64,000 nt of DNA, from assembly GCA_963715335.1 (NCBI GenBank), contig CAVQRZ010000022.1, positions 32,001 to 96,000 on the forward strand, read 5' to 3'. A program made the position numbers and the translations under genes. The notes under the pieces are model-generated. The model had not been told where the DNA came from, searched no databases, and was given only the letters and a program-made list of their open reading frames with translations. Of this stretch, positions 38,456 through 48,641 are shown in pieces; position 1 is the stretch's first letter; each line of letters begins with the position of its first letter. Source of the stretch: an uncultured delta proteobacterium (GTDB lineage: Bacteria; Desulfobacterota; Desulfuromonadia; Desulfuromonadales; BM103).

Positions 38456-38625
38456 ACCGAACCGCAACTGCGGACAAATAAAATGGTGCAGGATGCTTTA
38501 TCGTGATAAAGCCATCGGGCAGTTCCTGCGCGGAGTGGCGATGGGGCTGGCGTGAGATTTGCCCTGTCGCTTGTTTAACAGGCTAAATTGCCGGTCATTT
38601 TGCTGCTTGTCGCGCAGAAACTAAT

Positions 38626-39135
38626 TTAGCAACCGCTGATCCAGGCGATATCCAGTTGAAAAGGCCCTTCTTGGCGGTCGGCAATAAAAAGGCCGAAACT
38701 TTTCACGTTTGCAGCATCCATGGGCGGGACTGTTGTCAGCCTGACGCCGTGGTGGGTGGGGGTGAAAGTATCGAACGGCAAAGTAATCTCCTGCCATGTC
38801 TCTGTTTGAGTCGCGAAAGAGGTTTGGTAGCTGACACCATCGTAGAAGAGGTCGGTACGCAGACTGAGCTTGTAGGTCCGGCCGTCGCCGCGCACCCGGA
38901 TTCTCAAACCTGAATACCTGCTGAGATCGAAGCAGCCTTGAGTGGAACGTATCGAGGCGAAGCCGCCGTGGTTGTCGAGGGATACGCTTCCCGAGAACCG
39001 CAGGCCAACGCCCAGAATGTACTCCGGCTGGCTCCGCGAGCAACCGCCCATGATGCGGTCATCAATTGCTTCCCAGTTGATTGGCGGAACGTCACAGGTA
39101 AAGCCCAGAATCACATCGTCAGTTGAATTGGTCAT
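38626..39135 (-). CDS. CIA30 family protein
   Basis: DDRIMGGCS, GGFASIR, RVRGDGRTYK. Confidence 0.9.
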   Translation of the reverse strand: MTNSTDDVILGFTCDVPPINWEAIDDRIMGGCSRSQPEYILGVGLRFSGSVSLDNHGGFASIRSTQGCFDLSRYSGLRIRVRGDGRTYKLSLRTDLFYDGVSYQTSFATQTETWQEITLPFDTFTPTHHGVRLTTVPPMDAANVKSFGLFIADRQEGPFQLDIAWISGC

Positions 39136-39333
39136 ACGCTCTCCGTAGGTCATTGACTCATTGGCATGGCTTCTACCCCGATTCGGGGCCGGTTGTCAAC
39201 CACGCAAAAGGTTGTATCGATGTGTCGCTTAAGAGTGGTAACGAGGGTCGGGAAAAGCTTCTTCTGGAAGATACATCGTCTGATGTGATACATTGCCGAT
39301 TGGAATGGAATCACGGAGTCCCAGAATCTATTT

Positions 39334-40530
39334 ATGCACCTCTTGAGATCACTTCTACTGCTGCTTGTCCCGGGCGTACTCTTTTTGGCCGCGCTCTACC
39401 TTCAACTCAGGGTGACAATTCCGGAGGCCTGGCTGGGGCTGTTGTCCCTGTTCCCCTACCTGGCGGTTGCCGCCGGCCTGTTTCTCGGCTGGCGATTCAA
39501 TCGTACCCGTGTGCTCTGGGCGATAGCCCTGCTGGTTGTTGTTGAACGTAGTCTGAATCTGGCAACGCCATTCGGTCGCGAATATCTATTATCGATTTTA
39601 CCGCTGCTCGTTCCGATCAACCTGGTCCTGTTCACCTGGTGGAGTGAACGTGGACTTATCACCCGCCATGGATTGCTTCGCCTGATTATCCTGCTGCTGC
39701 AGTGTGGCACGTTCGCCTGGCTCTACACGGCCCGGGCAGATGATGTGATCGCCTTTTTGGGCCAGCCGTTAATAAGCAACACCGTTTTGGACAAACTCCC
39801 CTTTCCACAGGCGATTCTGGCATGCATGGTGTTTTGCCAGCTTGTTATTGTCCTGCGTTTCTGTAATAAACCAGATGCGATCGAAGGCGGCTTCTGTTGG
39901 GTCCTCCCTGCGGTCATTGCGGGCTTCTGGTGGGCCGAATCTTTTGCGTTCTGGTGCGGTGCCGCAGCCTTCATTTTGACGACTGCCATCATCGAAAGCA
40001 GCTTCAGAATGGCATTCAACGACGAGCTGACCGGTCTGCCGGCGCGTCGAGCCATGAATGAGTTTTTGCTCAAGGTCGGGCGAAAATACACGCTGGCCAT
40101 GGTCGACGTCGATCATTTCAAGAAGGTCAACGATACCTATGGCCATGATGTCGGTGACCAGGTTCTGCGCATGGTCGCAACCTGTCTGAGAAGGGTGACC
40201 GGTGGCGGCCGTGCCTATCGTTACGGCGGCGAAGAGTTTGCCATCATCTTCCCCAGCAAGGAACTTGAGCGGGCCTTGCCGCATCTCGAAATGCTGCGTG
40301 AAACCATTGCCGGCTCGGGGTTTGTTGTCCGCGGGAAGAAAAGGCCCAAACAGAAACCGAATGCGCCGATCAGTAAGGCAAGTGGGAAGACGCAACTCCA
40401 TGTCACGGTCAGTATCGGCGTCACCAGTCGTGACGATATAAACACGACCCCGGGACAGCTGATCAAGGCTGCCGACCAGGCTCTCTACAAGGCAAAGAAA
40501 GGCGGGCGAAACCAGGTTTGCAAGGCATGA
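39334..40530 (+). CDS. Membrane-bound diguanylate cyclase (GGEEF)
   Basis: Multiple TMs; DVDHFKKVNDTYGHDVGD; RYGGEEF; no RxxD I-site. Confidence 0.93.
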   Translation: MHLLRSLLLLLVPGVLFLAALYLQLRVTIPEAWLGLLSLFPYLAVAAGLFLGWRFNRTRVLWAIALLVVVERSLNLATPFGREYLLSILPLLVPINLVLFTWWSERGLITRHGLLRLIILLLQCGTFAWLYTARADDVIAFLGQPLISNTVLDKLPFPQAILACMVFCQLVIVLRFCNKPDAIEGGFCWVLPAVIAGFWWAESFAFWCGAAAFILTTAIIESSFRMAFNDELTGLPARRAMNEFLLKVGRKYTLAMVDVDHFKKVNDTYGHDVGDQVLRMVATCLRRVTGGGRAYRYGGEEFAIIFPSKELERALPHLEMLRETIAGSGFVVRGKKRPKQKPNAPISKASGKTQLHVTVSIGVTSRDDINTTPGQLIKAADQALYKAKKGGRNQVCKA

Positions 40531-40622
40531 TGGACATTGGAATCGTTATCGAAGAACAACGGCCGCTTAGAGTCCCAGCGGCCGTTGTCGTTTCAAATCG
40601 GTGTGCTTGAAGGCTTGAAGGG

Positions 40623-41837
40623 TTAACTGACAGAATCTTCCGGGTAGGAACCGATCTTGTGGATCGTCAGGTCGGAACCGCGGAACTCCTCTTCATCCCC
40701 AAGGCGGAAACCAAACACTTTGACAATTAACGAGTAGACCGCAAAACCGGTGGCAAGCGCGTAGACAATGGCAAAAAGACTGCCGATCAGCTGTGACATA
40801 AAGCTGACGCCACCCAGGCCGCCAAAGCCTGTATAACCGAAGATCCCTGCAGAGATCCCGCCCCAGGTGCCGATGATGCCATGGAGTGGCCAAACGCCGA
40901 GGACATCGTCAATCTTGAGTTTCTCCTGCTCCCATTGGAATCCGTAGACAAAAATCAGGGCACCCAATCCGCCAATCAGGAATGCCGCAAAGGGGTGGAC
41001 CAGGTCGGAACCGGCACAGATAGCAATCAGGCCAGCAAGGGCGCCGTTGTGCGCAAAACCTGGGTCGCATTTTGTGGCGACTACGGCAAACAGGACACCG
41101 CCGACCATGGCGAGCAGTGAATTTGCCGCGACGAGGCCGGAGATACCGCTAAGGTTCTGGGCACTCATGACGTTGAAACCGAACCAGCCGATCGCAAGTA
41201 TCCAGCTGCCGAGAGCCAGGAACGGGATATTACTGATCGGGATCGCATGGCTCTTGCCACGCACCCAGCGGCCCATTCGGGGTCCGAGCAGGAGGACTGC
41301 CGGTAATGCGAGCCAGCCGCCCATGGAGTGGACGACGACGCTGCCAGCAAAATCATGAAACGGAGCACCGAACGTGCTGGCAAACCAATCCTGCAGGCCC
41401 GAACTGTTTTGTCCCCAAATCAATGATTCGAAGAAGGGGTAGGTGAGGCCGGCGAAGATAGCTCCGGCAAAAACCTGTGGCCAGAAACGGGCCCGTTCAG
41501 CAATGCCGCCGGAGATAATTGCCGGGATACAGGCTGCGAAACAGAGGAGGAAGAAGAAGCGTACCAGCTCATAGCCCTGGTTTGCACCGATCAGCCCTTC
41601 TGCTGACATGAAAAAATGCACGCCGTACGCGATCGGGTAGCCGACAAGAAAGTAAACGACGGTTGAGACCGACCAGTCGGTCAGGATTTTCACCAGGGCG
41701 TTGGTTTGGTTTTTCCTGCGGACAGTACCGACCTCGAGGAAGGCAAAGCCTGCGTGCATGGCAAAAACCATGACGGCGCCGAGCATCAGGAACAGGACAT
41801 CACCTGAATTGGTGAGTGATCGAACAGCAGAATCCAT
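40623..41837 (-). CDS. Second ammonium transporter (Amt family)
   Basis: GFAFLEVG, GIAER, DFAGSVVVH, GWFGFN, IDDVLGVWPLHG. Confidence 0.92.
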   Translation of the reverse strand: MDSAVRSLTNSGDVLFLMLGAVMVFAMHAGFAFLEVGTVRRKNQTNALVKILTDWSVSTVVYFLVGYPIAYGVHFFMSAEGLIGANQGYELVRFFFLLCFAACIPAIISGGIAERARFWPQVFAGAIFAGLTYPFFESLIWGQNSSGLQDWFASTFGAPFHDFAGSVVVHSMGGWLALPAVLLLGPRMGRWVRGKSHAIPISNIPFLALGSWILAIGWFGFNVMSAQNLSGISGLVAANSLLAMVGGVLFAVVATKCDPGFAHNGALAGLIAICAGSDLVHPFAAFLIGGLGALIFVYGFQWEQEKLKIDDVLGVWPLHGIIGTWGGISAGIFGYTGFGGLGGVSFMSQLIGSLFAIVYALATGFAVYSLIVKVFGFRLGDEEEFRGSDLTIHKIGSYPEDSVS

Positions 41838-42135
41838 GGATAAAGACCTCCTTGTCTTGCTTGGTGGCTACAGACCCCATTGTCCCAGCCTCCCATTGCC
41901 AGCTTCAATACTTGTGCCGTAAATATTTACCGTAATTACATGTAGTTATGCCTTGTCCGTGGCTGAGTGTGAATAAAGAATGCTTATTTGTCGTGCAGGG
42001 TGCGCCTTGAATTTAGGCAAACATGTATTGCCGACTGACCTTTCAGTTGTCCGCGAAGTTTCCGCATCTCAAGTGATTGGCGGACAGATGCGAGATATGA
42101 TAGCTTGTAAGCATCAAGCTCAGCGAGGTGAAGCC

Positions 42136-42951
42136 ATGACCGTGAAGGTCCAAAGAAATTTCGTAATCAACTTTTCCCGGGGCTTCTTTGCCCCGTTCCG
42201 AAGTGTCAGGACATTGCGAAATAACCCGCGATTACTGCCATATATCATTATCCCTTTTCTGATCAATGTCACAGTGTTCAGCGGTGCTGTCTATCTGGGC
42301 CTGGATTTTTTCGGCACGACCGTTGTGGCGCAACTCCCACATGGTGAGGCATGGTACTGGGCGGCTCTTTACTGGCTGGTCTGGATGCTGGCGGTCCTGG
42401 TGACGGCCGTACTGGTTTTCTTCACCTTCACCGTGGTTGGCAACCTGATTGCGTCGCCTTTCAACGACCTGCTCTCGGAGCGGACCGAGCAGGCTTTGAG
42501 CGGTGAGACCAACAACGAAGTGTTTTCATTCGGTCAATTCCTGAGTGATGGATGGCGAACCGTGCTGATGGAAGCGAAGAAGATGTCGATCTTTGTCGTG
42601 ATCATGGTGCTGATTCTGCCACTGAACCTGCTGCCGGGATTCGGTAACGGGCTCTACACAGTCCTTGCGGTCGGTCTGACTCTCTTCTTTCTCAGTTTTG
42701 AATACCTCGGCTTTGTCATGGTCCGCAAACACAAGTTTTTCAGTGAACAGAAGAGCTACATCTTCGCCCGCAAATTTCTCATGCTTGGTTTCTCCTGTGG
42801 TGTGATGGCCCTCCTGGCGATCCCGTTCTTTCAGTTGCTCTGTATCCCTCTGGCCGTCATCGGCATTACCCGTCTTTGGTGCGAGGAGAAAGGACTGGCC
42901 CAGCCGGGCAGTGCCGCAGACAGGATGCCAACGATGGATGAGTCAGGCTAG
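42136..42951 (+). CDS. EI24/CysZ-like membrane protein
   Basis: PFLIN, NLIASPFNDLLSERTE, multiple TMs. Confidence 0.85.
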   Translation: MTVKVQRNFVINFSRGFFAPFRSVRTLRNNPRLLPYIIIPFLINVTVFSGAVYLGLDFFGTTVVAQLPHGEAWYWAALYWLVWMLAVLVTAVLVFFTFTVVGNLIASPFNDLLSERTEQALSGETNNEVFSFGQFLSDGWRTVLMEAKKMSIFVVIMVLILPLNLLPGFGNGLYTVLAVGLTLFFLSFEYLGFVMVRKHKFFSEQKSYIFARKFLMLGFSCGVMALLAIPFFQLLCIPLAVIGITRLWCEEKGLAQPGSAADRMPTMDESG

Positions 42952-42964
42952 AGGGCCGTCCGCG

Positions 42965-43750
42965 ATGAAAGACCTGATCATCCAAGCGGCCCGTAAATCT
43001 GGGGCCCTCCTCATGGAGAAATTCGAGAAGGGTATCCGTGTCGAGTTCAAGGGTAAATATGACCTGGTTACTGAAGCTGACCGCCAGTCGGAAGCACTGA
43101 TTGTAGGGCTGATTCGAGAACGGTTTCCTGACCACGACATCCTCGCTGAGGAAGATGATTACGGCCAGCTCAACTCTGACCATCGCTGGATTATAGATCC
43201 GCTTGATGGCACAACCAATTTCGCCCATGGCTTCCCGTGGTTCGCTGTTTCGATTGCCCTGGAGATCTGTGGCCGGTTGACACTGGGCGTCGTCTATAAC
43301 CCTTATGTAGGTGAGTTTTACTTTGCGGAGCGTGGCCAGGGGGCATTTCTCAACGATCGCCGCCTGCAGGTTTCAGAAATCCGTATTCTGGAACGAGCGT
43401 TGCTGGCCACCGGGTTTGCCTATGATCACAAGAACTGCAAGGTAAATAACTACGATTATTTCGCCCGTTTCCAGAGAGCGGCGCAGGCATGTCGCCGCCC
43501 CGGGGTTGCCAGCCTTGATCTTGCCAGTGTTGCTGCGGGACGATTCGACGGGTTCTGGGAGATGAAACTCAAGCCGTGGGACCTGGCGGCCGGAATTCTG
43601 CTGGTCGAAGAGAGCGGTGGCAGGGTCAGTGATTTTGATGGCAACCCGATGACCCTCGAGTCTCTGGAATGCCTGGCCAGCAATGTCCTGATTCATGAGG
43701 AAATGCAGAACATCCTGCAACCGGGTTGTCGCCCTCATGCGATCCGATAA
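42965..43750 (+). CDS. suhB: Inositol monophosphatase family protein
   Basis: DLVTEAD, WIIDPLDGTTNFAHG, KPWDLAAG. Confidence 0.88.
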   Translation: MKDLIIQAARKSGALLMEKFEKGIRVEFKGKYDLVTEADRQSEALIVGLIRERFPDHDILAEEDDYGQLNSDHRWIIDPLDGTTNFAHGFPWFAVSIALEICGRLTLGVVYNPYVGEFYFAERGQGAFLNDRRLQVSEIRILERALLATGFAYDHKNCKVNNYDYFARFQRAAQACRRPGVASLDLASVAAGRFDGFWEMKLKPWDLAAGILLVEESGGRVSDFDGNPMTLESLECLASNVLIHEEMQNILQPGCRPHAIR

Positions 43751-45005
43751 AATATTTTCCCCCTGCAAAGGAACATTCCTCTGCATTTTTACCGTTCTGG
43801 CTCTCGTGTTGGCCCCGTGCCGCGCAGAAGTTGTCGCCTCGCCAGGCAATCAGGCCGGGAAAGCCGTTGCCCTGCTTGAGCAAGGGAATTATGCCGGCGC
43901 GCTCGAGGTCCTGCACTCCCTGGGCAAAACCCTCAGCAATCCAGAGCAGATTTCCAGTTTGCTAGCCCTTGCCTATCTGGGGCAGGGTTATCAGTTCCTT
44001 GCTGCCGGGGACTTACCGTCCGCCCGCGAATCTTTTCGTTCCGGGCGAAGCTACAACGATGAGGACCTTCGTCTCTGGCTGGGTGAAGCCATGACCCTAT
44101 ACAGGCAGGGCAAATACCCGGAAGCGGTCTCTGTGCTCGATCAGGCCCTCGCAATTGATCAGCAAAACCCTGATGTCTATCTTCTGTTGGGCAAGGTTTA
44201 TTATGCCGACGGGCGCATGCCTGAGGCCGTCGACGCACTGCAGGGGTCGGTGGAATACGGTGGCGGTGATGAAGTTGTCGGCTTACTCGACAAGGTGCGC
44301 CAGGAGTGGCAGATTGAAGAGGAAATGCGACAGGAATCCCGGGGGCATTTCCAATTGTCCTTCGTCGACGGTGAGCACGCCTCAGCCCTGGCCGCCGAGA
44401 TTCTGGAAACTCTGGAGGATGCCTACGTGGAGGTGGGTTCCGATCTGGCATATTACCCTGATGTCAGGGTTTCTGTCCTGCTGTACTCTCACCGCGACTA
44501 TGCAGACGTTACTCAATCACCGGACTGGACTGGTGCCGTCTATGACGGCAAGATACGTCTGCCGCTGGCTGGCGTGCGCTCGATGACAAAGCGGTTCTCC
44601 GCGGTCCTCTATCACGAGTACATGCACGTACTGGTTCATCTCATGGCGGGCAGCAAGGTACCGGTCTGGCTCAATGAAGGGTTGGCGGAACTCTCTGGTC
44701 GACGGATTGACTCCACTCCGTTGATCGATTTGACCGCGGCTGTCGAATCAGACCAACTCCTCGAATGGCGTGATCTGGAGAAGCCGTTCTCCGACCTCCC
44801 GGATGACCGGGTACCAATGGCGTATGAGCAGAGTCATTCCCTGGCACTCTTCATGATTGACAGCTACGGATGGCACAAAATGGCAGAACTTCTGGAGAGT
44901 CTGGGGAAACAGCAGGAGTGGCCAGCGGCCGTCGCTGACGTTTACCAGGAGTACGGACTGGATTGGCCTGCCATCCAGAAAGAATGGCAGGCAGGCCTTC
45001 GCTAA
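43737..45005 (+). CDS. TPR protein with C-terminal peptidase MA-like (HEXXH) domain
   Basis: Signal peptide, TPRs, YDGKIRLP, YHEYMH, PVWLNEGLAE. Confidence 0.88.
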   Translation: MRSDKIFSPCKGTFLCIFTVLALVLAPCRAEVVASPGNQAGKAVALLEQGNYAGALEVLHSLGKTLSNPEQISSLLALAYLGQGYQFLAAGDLPSARESFRSGRSYNDEDLRLWLGEAMTLYRQGKYPEAVSVLDQALAIDQQNPDVYLLLGKVYYADGRMPEAVDALQGSVEYGGGDEVVGLLDKVRQEWQIEEEMRQESRGHFQLSFVDGEHASALAAEILETLEDAYVEVGSDLAYYPDVRVSVLLYSHRDYADVTQSPDWTGAVYDGKIRLPLAGVRSMTKRFSAVLYHEYMHVLVHLMAGSKVPVWLNEGLAELSGRRIDSTPLIDLTAAVESDQLLEWRDLEKPFSDLPDDRVPMAYEQSHSLALFMIDSYGWHKMAELLESLGKQQEWPAAVADVYQEYGLDWPAIQKEWQAGLR

Positions 45006-45011
45006 ACGAGA

Positions 45012-45434
45012 CTACTTTGTCTTTTCCTCCGTCTGAACCGTTGCCGGTGAAGACTCCTCCGCTCTGATCTGTTCAACTTCCTCCTCGAGAGCAGCCGCTT
45101 CGGCCTTCAGCTCATCAAGTCTGTTCAGGATAGCCTTGACCGCCTCCTGGCCCATGATGTTCCTCGCCCCGGCCTCGCGCAAATCGTCAACCAGTTTGCC
45201 GAGTTCAGCATGAGTCAAGCCGATCTTTTTATGCAGCGCGGAGAGGTCAATTTTCTTCTGCACCAGTTTTTTATACTGGTTGGCTTTGAAGGTTGCCGTG
45301 TTGAAAGCCTGCCTGGTGCTGCCCCAGATCTTCTCTGTGGTTCCCTTGAGCTTTTCGAGCTGGTCCTCATGCCGCTCCGTTGGTTCGACGGCTTCGGTTT
45401 CTGACGCTTTCGGTTCTTTAACTTGATCGTCCAT
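45012..45434 (-). CDS. Hypothetical coiled-coil protein
   Basis: GGAGG RBS; charged helical sequence. Confidence 0.7.
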   Translation of the reverse strand: MDDQVKEPKASETEAVEPTERHEDQLEKLKGTTEKIWGSTRQAFNTATFKANQYKKLVQKKIDLSALHKKIGLTHAELGKLVDDLREAGARNIMGQEAVKAILNRLDELKAEAAALEEEVEQIRAEESSPATVQTEEKTK

Positions 45435-45573
45435 GCAGTCCCTCCATAGCTAGTGTTTTCTATAGCTTATCATTGTCTATACAAGGGTCAAGAGGATCTT
45501 TTTATCATCACTTCTTGCCCCTGGCAGCACGATCGTCTACACTGTGCAAATTTGGAATACAAGGAGGAATATT

Positions 45574-46524
45574 ATGGTTGCAAATGAAAGAGGGCAGACC
45601 AAGTTCCAGATCAATCTACGCCGCTATTTAAGAGAGAGTGGTGTCGATCGCGACCTGACCCGTGTGATCTGCGAAATCGCCAACGCCTCAAAATACATCA
45701 TCAACGCCATTCGCACCGGTGATCTCGGTGTGGCGGGAACATCCAACCTTTACGGGGAGCAACAGCTGGCACTCGATGTTTTGTCTGACCGGATCATCCA
45801 GAAGCGTTTGATGTATTCCGGGGTGATCGCCAAGATGGCTTCGGAGGAATTGGACGAGATTATTACGGTGACAGTCCCAACCAACGGGCGTTACTCTGTC
45901 GCATTCGATCCCCTCGACGGGTCATCCCTTGTCGATGTCAACCTTGCAGTCGGGACTATTGTCTCCATCTATGAAGGGGATAATGTCCTGCAGCCGGGAC
46001 GGAACCAGGTCGCTGCGCTCTATGTCCTTTACGGCCCTCGCACGACCATGGTGGTCTCGACCGGTAACGGGGTGCATGAATTTGCCATGAATCTGCTGAT
46101 GGAATTCGACCTGGTCCAGGAGAATATTCGGCTGGATGGACCGGCTAAAATCTACGCGCCGGGCGGTGCCCGAAACAAATACCCCAGCGGGGTCGAAAAG
46201 TTTGCCCGGCATCTCGAAACCAATGGCGCCAAACTGCGTTACAGTGGCGGGTTTGTTCCTGATATCAACCAGGTTCTGATCAAACGTAGCGGGATATTCA
46301 TGTACCCGCACCTTGCAGATGCCCCAGAGGGAAAACTTCGTCTGCTTTACGAATTAAATCCCATGGCTTTCCTGGTTGAACAGGCTGGTGGCGCGGCGTC
46401 TACCGGGAAGCAGAGAATCCTCGATATCCAACCGGAAAGTGCTGATCAACGGGCACCGGTTTTCATCGGCTCTCGTCAAGATGTCGAAATGGCAGAAAAA
46501 TTTATCCGGGAAGAAGAAGGATAG
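45574..46524 (+). CDS. fbp: Class 1 fructose-1,6-bisphosphatase
   Basis: ASEE, FDPLDGSS, LRYSGGFVPD, GKLRLLYELNP. Confidence 0.96.
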   Translation: MVANERGQTKFQINLRRYLRESGVDRDLTRVICEIANASKYIINAIRTGDLGVAGTSNLYGEQQLALDVLSDRIIQKRLMYSGVIAKMASEELDEIITVTVPTNGRYSVAFDPLDGSSLVDVNLAVGTIVSIYEGDNVLQPGRNQVAALYVLYGPRTTMVVSTGNGVHEFAMNLLMEFDLVQENIRLDGPAKIYAPGGARNKYPSGVEKFARHLETNGAKLRYSGGFVPDINQVLIKRSGIFMYPHLADAPEGKLRLLYELNPMAFLVEQAGGAASTGKQRILDIQPESADQRAPVFIGSRQDVEMAEKFIREEEG

Positions 46525-46545
46525 CTGGCTGTCCTTGGACAAATC

Positions 46546-46584
46546 AGAAAGAGGGGCATGCAACAATTGCATGCCCCTCTTTCT
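46546..46584. terminator. Bidirectional terminator
   Basis: 18-bp perfect stem agaaagaggggcatgcaa / ttgcatgcccctctttct. Confidence 0.85.
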
Positions 46585-46609
46585 TGCAGAGAACGCACAG
46601 GCAGGCAGG

Positions 46610-47098
46610 TTAATCAAGCGTATACAGCGTATCGTCGTGTTCAGGAGGCAGATACTGCTTCTTCAGGCCTTTCAACTTCTTCTGGCTGAACAGGTCGTTG
46701 CCGTCGAACAGTTCCCCCATCTCAGCTTCAATCTGTTCCGGATCCTCTCCTGCTTCCAGGCGGCTGAGGGCCTCTTCTGCGCCTTCGCCAAGGTCCATCC
46801 CGGTCATGCTTGAAAACTTACGCATGAAATTCGCCATAGCTTTAGGGTCATTCTCGTCCATGCTCTCCATCTCGCCTGCCAGGGTCATCATCGCCTGTTC
46901 CATCTTTGATTCGTCGAGATCCGGCACCCCTTCGGCAGGCTCGCCAAGATTTCTGGAGATGGCAAAGGCGGAAACCCGCTTCTCCAGCCCTGGCTGAGTA
47001 CAACGAGGACAAGATGGGGTTTTGTCCATGTTGACACGACGGGAGAGGAAGTTGAAAATGGCGTGGCAATCGGCACAGTAGAATTCATAAACGGGCAT
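46610..47098 (-). CDS. FmdB-family zinc ribbon protein
   Basis: MPVYEFYCADC..CPRC. Confidence 0.85.
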   Translation of the reverse strand: MPVYEFYCADCHAIFNFLSRRVNMDKTPSCPRCTQPGLEKRVSAFAISRNLGEPAEGVPDLDESKMEQAMMTLAGEMESMDENDPKAMANFMRKFSSMTGMDLGEGAEEALSRLEAGEDPEQIEAEMGELFDGNDLFSQKKLKGLKKQYLPPEHDDTLYTLD

Positions 47099-47192
47099 TT
47101 TATCCTCCTGTCTCTTCCCCGACATTTTTTAACGCAAAGGCGCCAAGAGTGCAAAGGGTAAATGTATTGTCATGATCAGGTGTTATACAACG

Positions 47193-47226
47193 AAAAAGTC
47201 CGGCGAGATATCCCGCCGGACTTTTT
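47193..47226. terminator. Terminator of the kor operon
   Basis: aaaaagtccggcg...cgccggacttttt. Confidence 0.8.
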
Positions 47227-47249
47227 TATACAGCCTATTCGGAACGAAC

Positions 47250-47798
47250 TTATTTAGCCAGTTCCTTGCCCTTTTCGAAACCGAGGCTGAAAGCTTTCTT
47301 GTTCAGTTCCTTGAAAGCTTCTGGGACCTTGCGCAGCACGGCCTCTTCACCGGCTTCCCTGGAGACTACACCGGTCAGGCCGATCATGGCGCCTAAGGCA
47401 ACCACGTTGGCAACGATTTCGCGACCGATGTCTTCCTTGGCCATGCGCATGATCGGCAGGCGATGGACGATGAAGTTGCCTTGCGGGGCTCTCTTTACAA
47501 AGTCCTCGTCAAGCAGCAGCAGACCACCTTCTTTGATGCCGTTGGCATACTTGTCAGCTGCTTCCTGGGTCATTGCCAGGCAGGCGTCGACGATGGTTGC
47601 TTTCGGATAGTCGATTGGTGCGTCCGAGATAATAACCTCGGATTTCGAGGCGCCACCGCGGGCTTCAGGGCCGTAGCTTTGCGACTGCACGGCGCTTTTG
47701 CCTTCAATGATGGATGCTGCCTCGGCGAGGATGATGCCGGCGGTGATCAGACCCTGACCACCGGCACCGGAAAAGCGAAGCTCATAACGTTCAGCCAT
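47250..47798 (-). CDS. korC: 2-oxoglutarate:ferredoxin oxidoreductase gamma subunit
   Basis: SGAGGQG, QSYGPEARGGAS. Confidence 0.92.
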   Translation of the reverse strand: MAERYELRFSGAGGQGLITAGIILAEAASIIEGKSAVQSQSYGPEARGGASKSEVIISDAPIDYPKATIVDACLAMTQEAADKYANGIKEGGLLLLDEDFVKRAPQGNFIVHRLPIMRMAKEDIGREIVANVVALGAMIGLTGVVSREAGEEAVLRKVPEAFKELNKKAFSLGFEKGKELAK

Positions 47799-47822
47799 GG
47801 TTCTTTCTCCTTAGTGTAATGA

Positions 47823-48641
47823 TCAGGCGCCCTGCGCCTTCTTGATAACTTCTGCGTACATTTCACAGTACTCGGGCTTTTCCGTATCATGGTACAGCAC
47901 ACCGGTGAGAAATTTGCCGGCGAGCTGTTCGGCAGTCATCTTGGCGGCAGCTTTGACCGGAACGGCGTTGGCCTTGAGGTGCTTCATCATGTCGACAACG
48001 GAACGGAACTTGTTGCGGCGGCCGTAAGTGGTCGGGCAATCGTCGAGGACTTCGATGATGGACATCCCCTTGTGCTGGATCCCCTGTACGATCAGCTTGT
48101 CGATCTCACGGGGATGGGCAGCGGTGGTCCGGGCGACGAAGGTCGCGCCGGAACCGATGGCCAGCTTGGAGATGTCGAAGATCGGGTCCGGGTTGCCGTA
48201 AGGCGTGGTCGATGCCTTGGCGCCGGTCGGGGTGCAGGGGGAGAACTGGCCACCGGTCATGCCGTAGATGAAGTTATTCATCAGGACATAGGTCATGTCA
48301 ATGTTGCGGCGGCATGCATGAATGAAGTGGTTGCCGCCGATAGCGGTACCGTCGCCGTCGCCGCCACAGCAGATAACAGTCATTTCCGGTTTGGCCATCT
48401 TGACACCGGTGGCAAATGCTGCAGCACGACCGTGGGCGGTGTGCAGGGTGCAGGCGTCGAGGTAACCGGGGAGGCGGCTGGCGCAGCCTATCCCTGAAAC
48501 GATAGCGGTGTTCTTGCGATCCAGTTCACAGGTGTCCATGGCCCGGATCAGGCCCTTCATAACGATGCCGTGACCGCAGCCTGGGCACCAGATGTGCGGC
48601 AGCTTGCCGGGACGGATCGACTTCTCGTAATCGTAAGCCAT
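47823..48641 (-). CDS. korB: 2-oxoglutarate:ferredoxin oxidoreductase beta subunit
   Basis: WCPGCG, SGIGC, GDGD..IGGNH, YGMTGGQ. Confidence 0.93.
   Translation of the reverse strand: MAYDYEKSIRPGKLPHIWCPGCGHGIVMKGLIRAMDTCELDRKNTAIVSGIGCASRLPGYLDACTLHTAHGRAAAFATGVKMAKPEMTVICCGGDGDGTAIGGNHFIHACRRNIDMTYVLMNNFIYGMTGGQFSPCTPTGAKASTTPYGNPDPIFDISKLAIGSGATFVARTTAAHPREIDKLIVQGIQHKGMSIIEVLDDCPTTYGRRNKFRSVVDMMKHLKANAVPVKAAAKMTAEQLAGKFLTGVLYHDTEKPEYCEMYAEVIKKAQGA

Noticed and set aside
39334..40530. Second Hypr GGDEF
   Set aside because: It has the canonical Asp (GHDVGD), predicting c-di-GMP
47126..47158. REP-like 9-mer tract (cgcaaagg/cgccaaga/tgcaaagg)
   Set aside because: Too short and single-copy in this window to support
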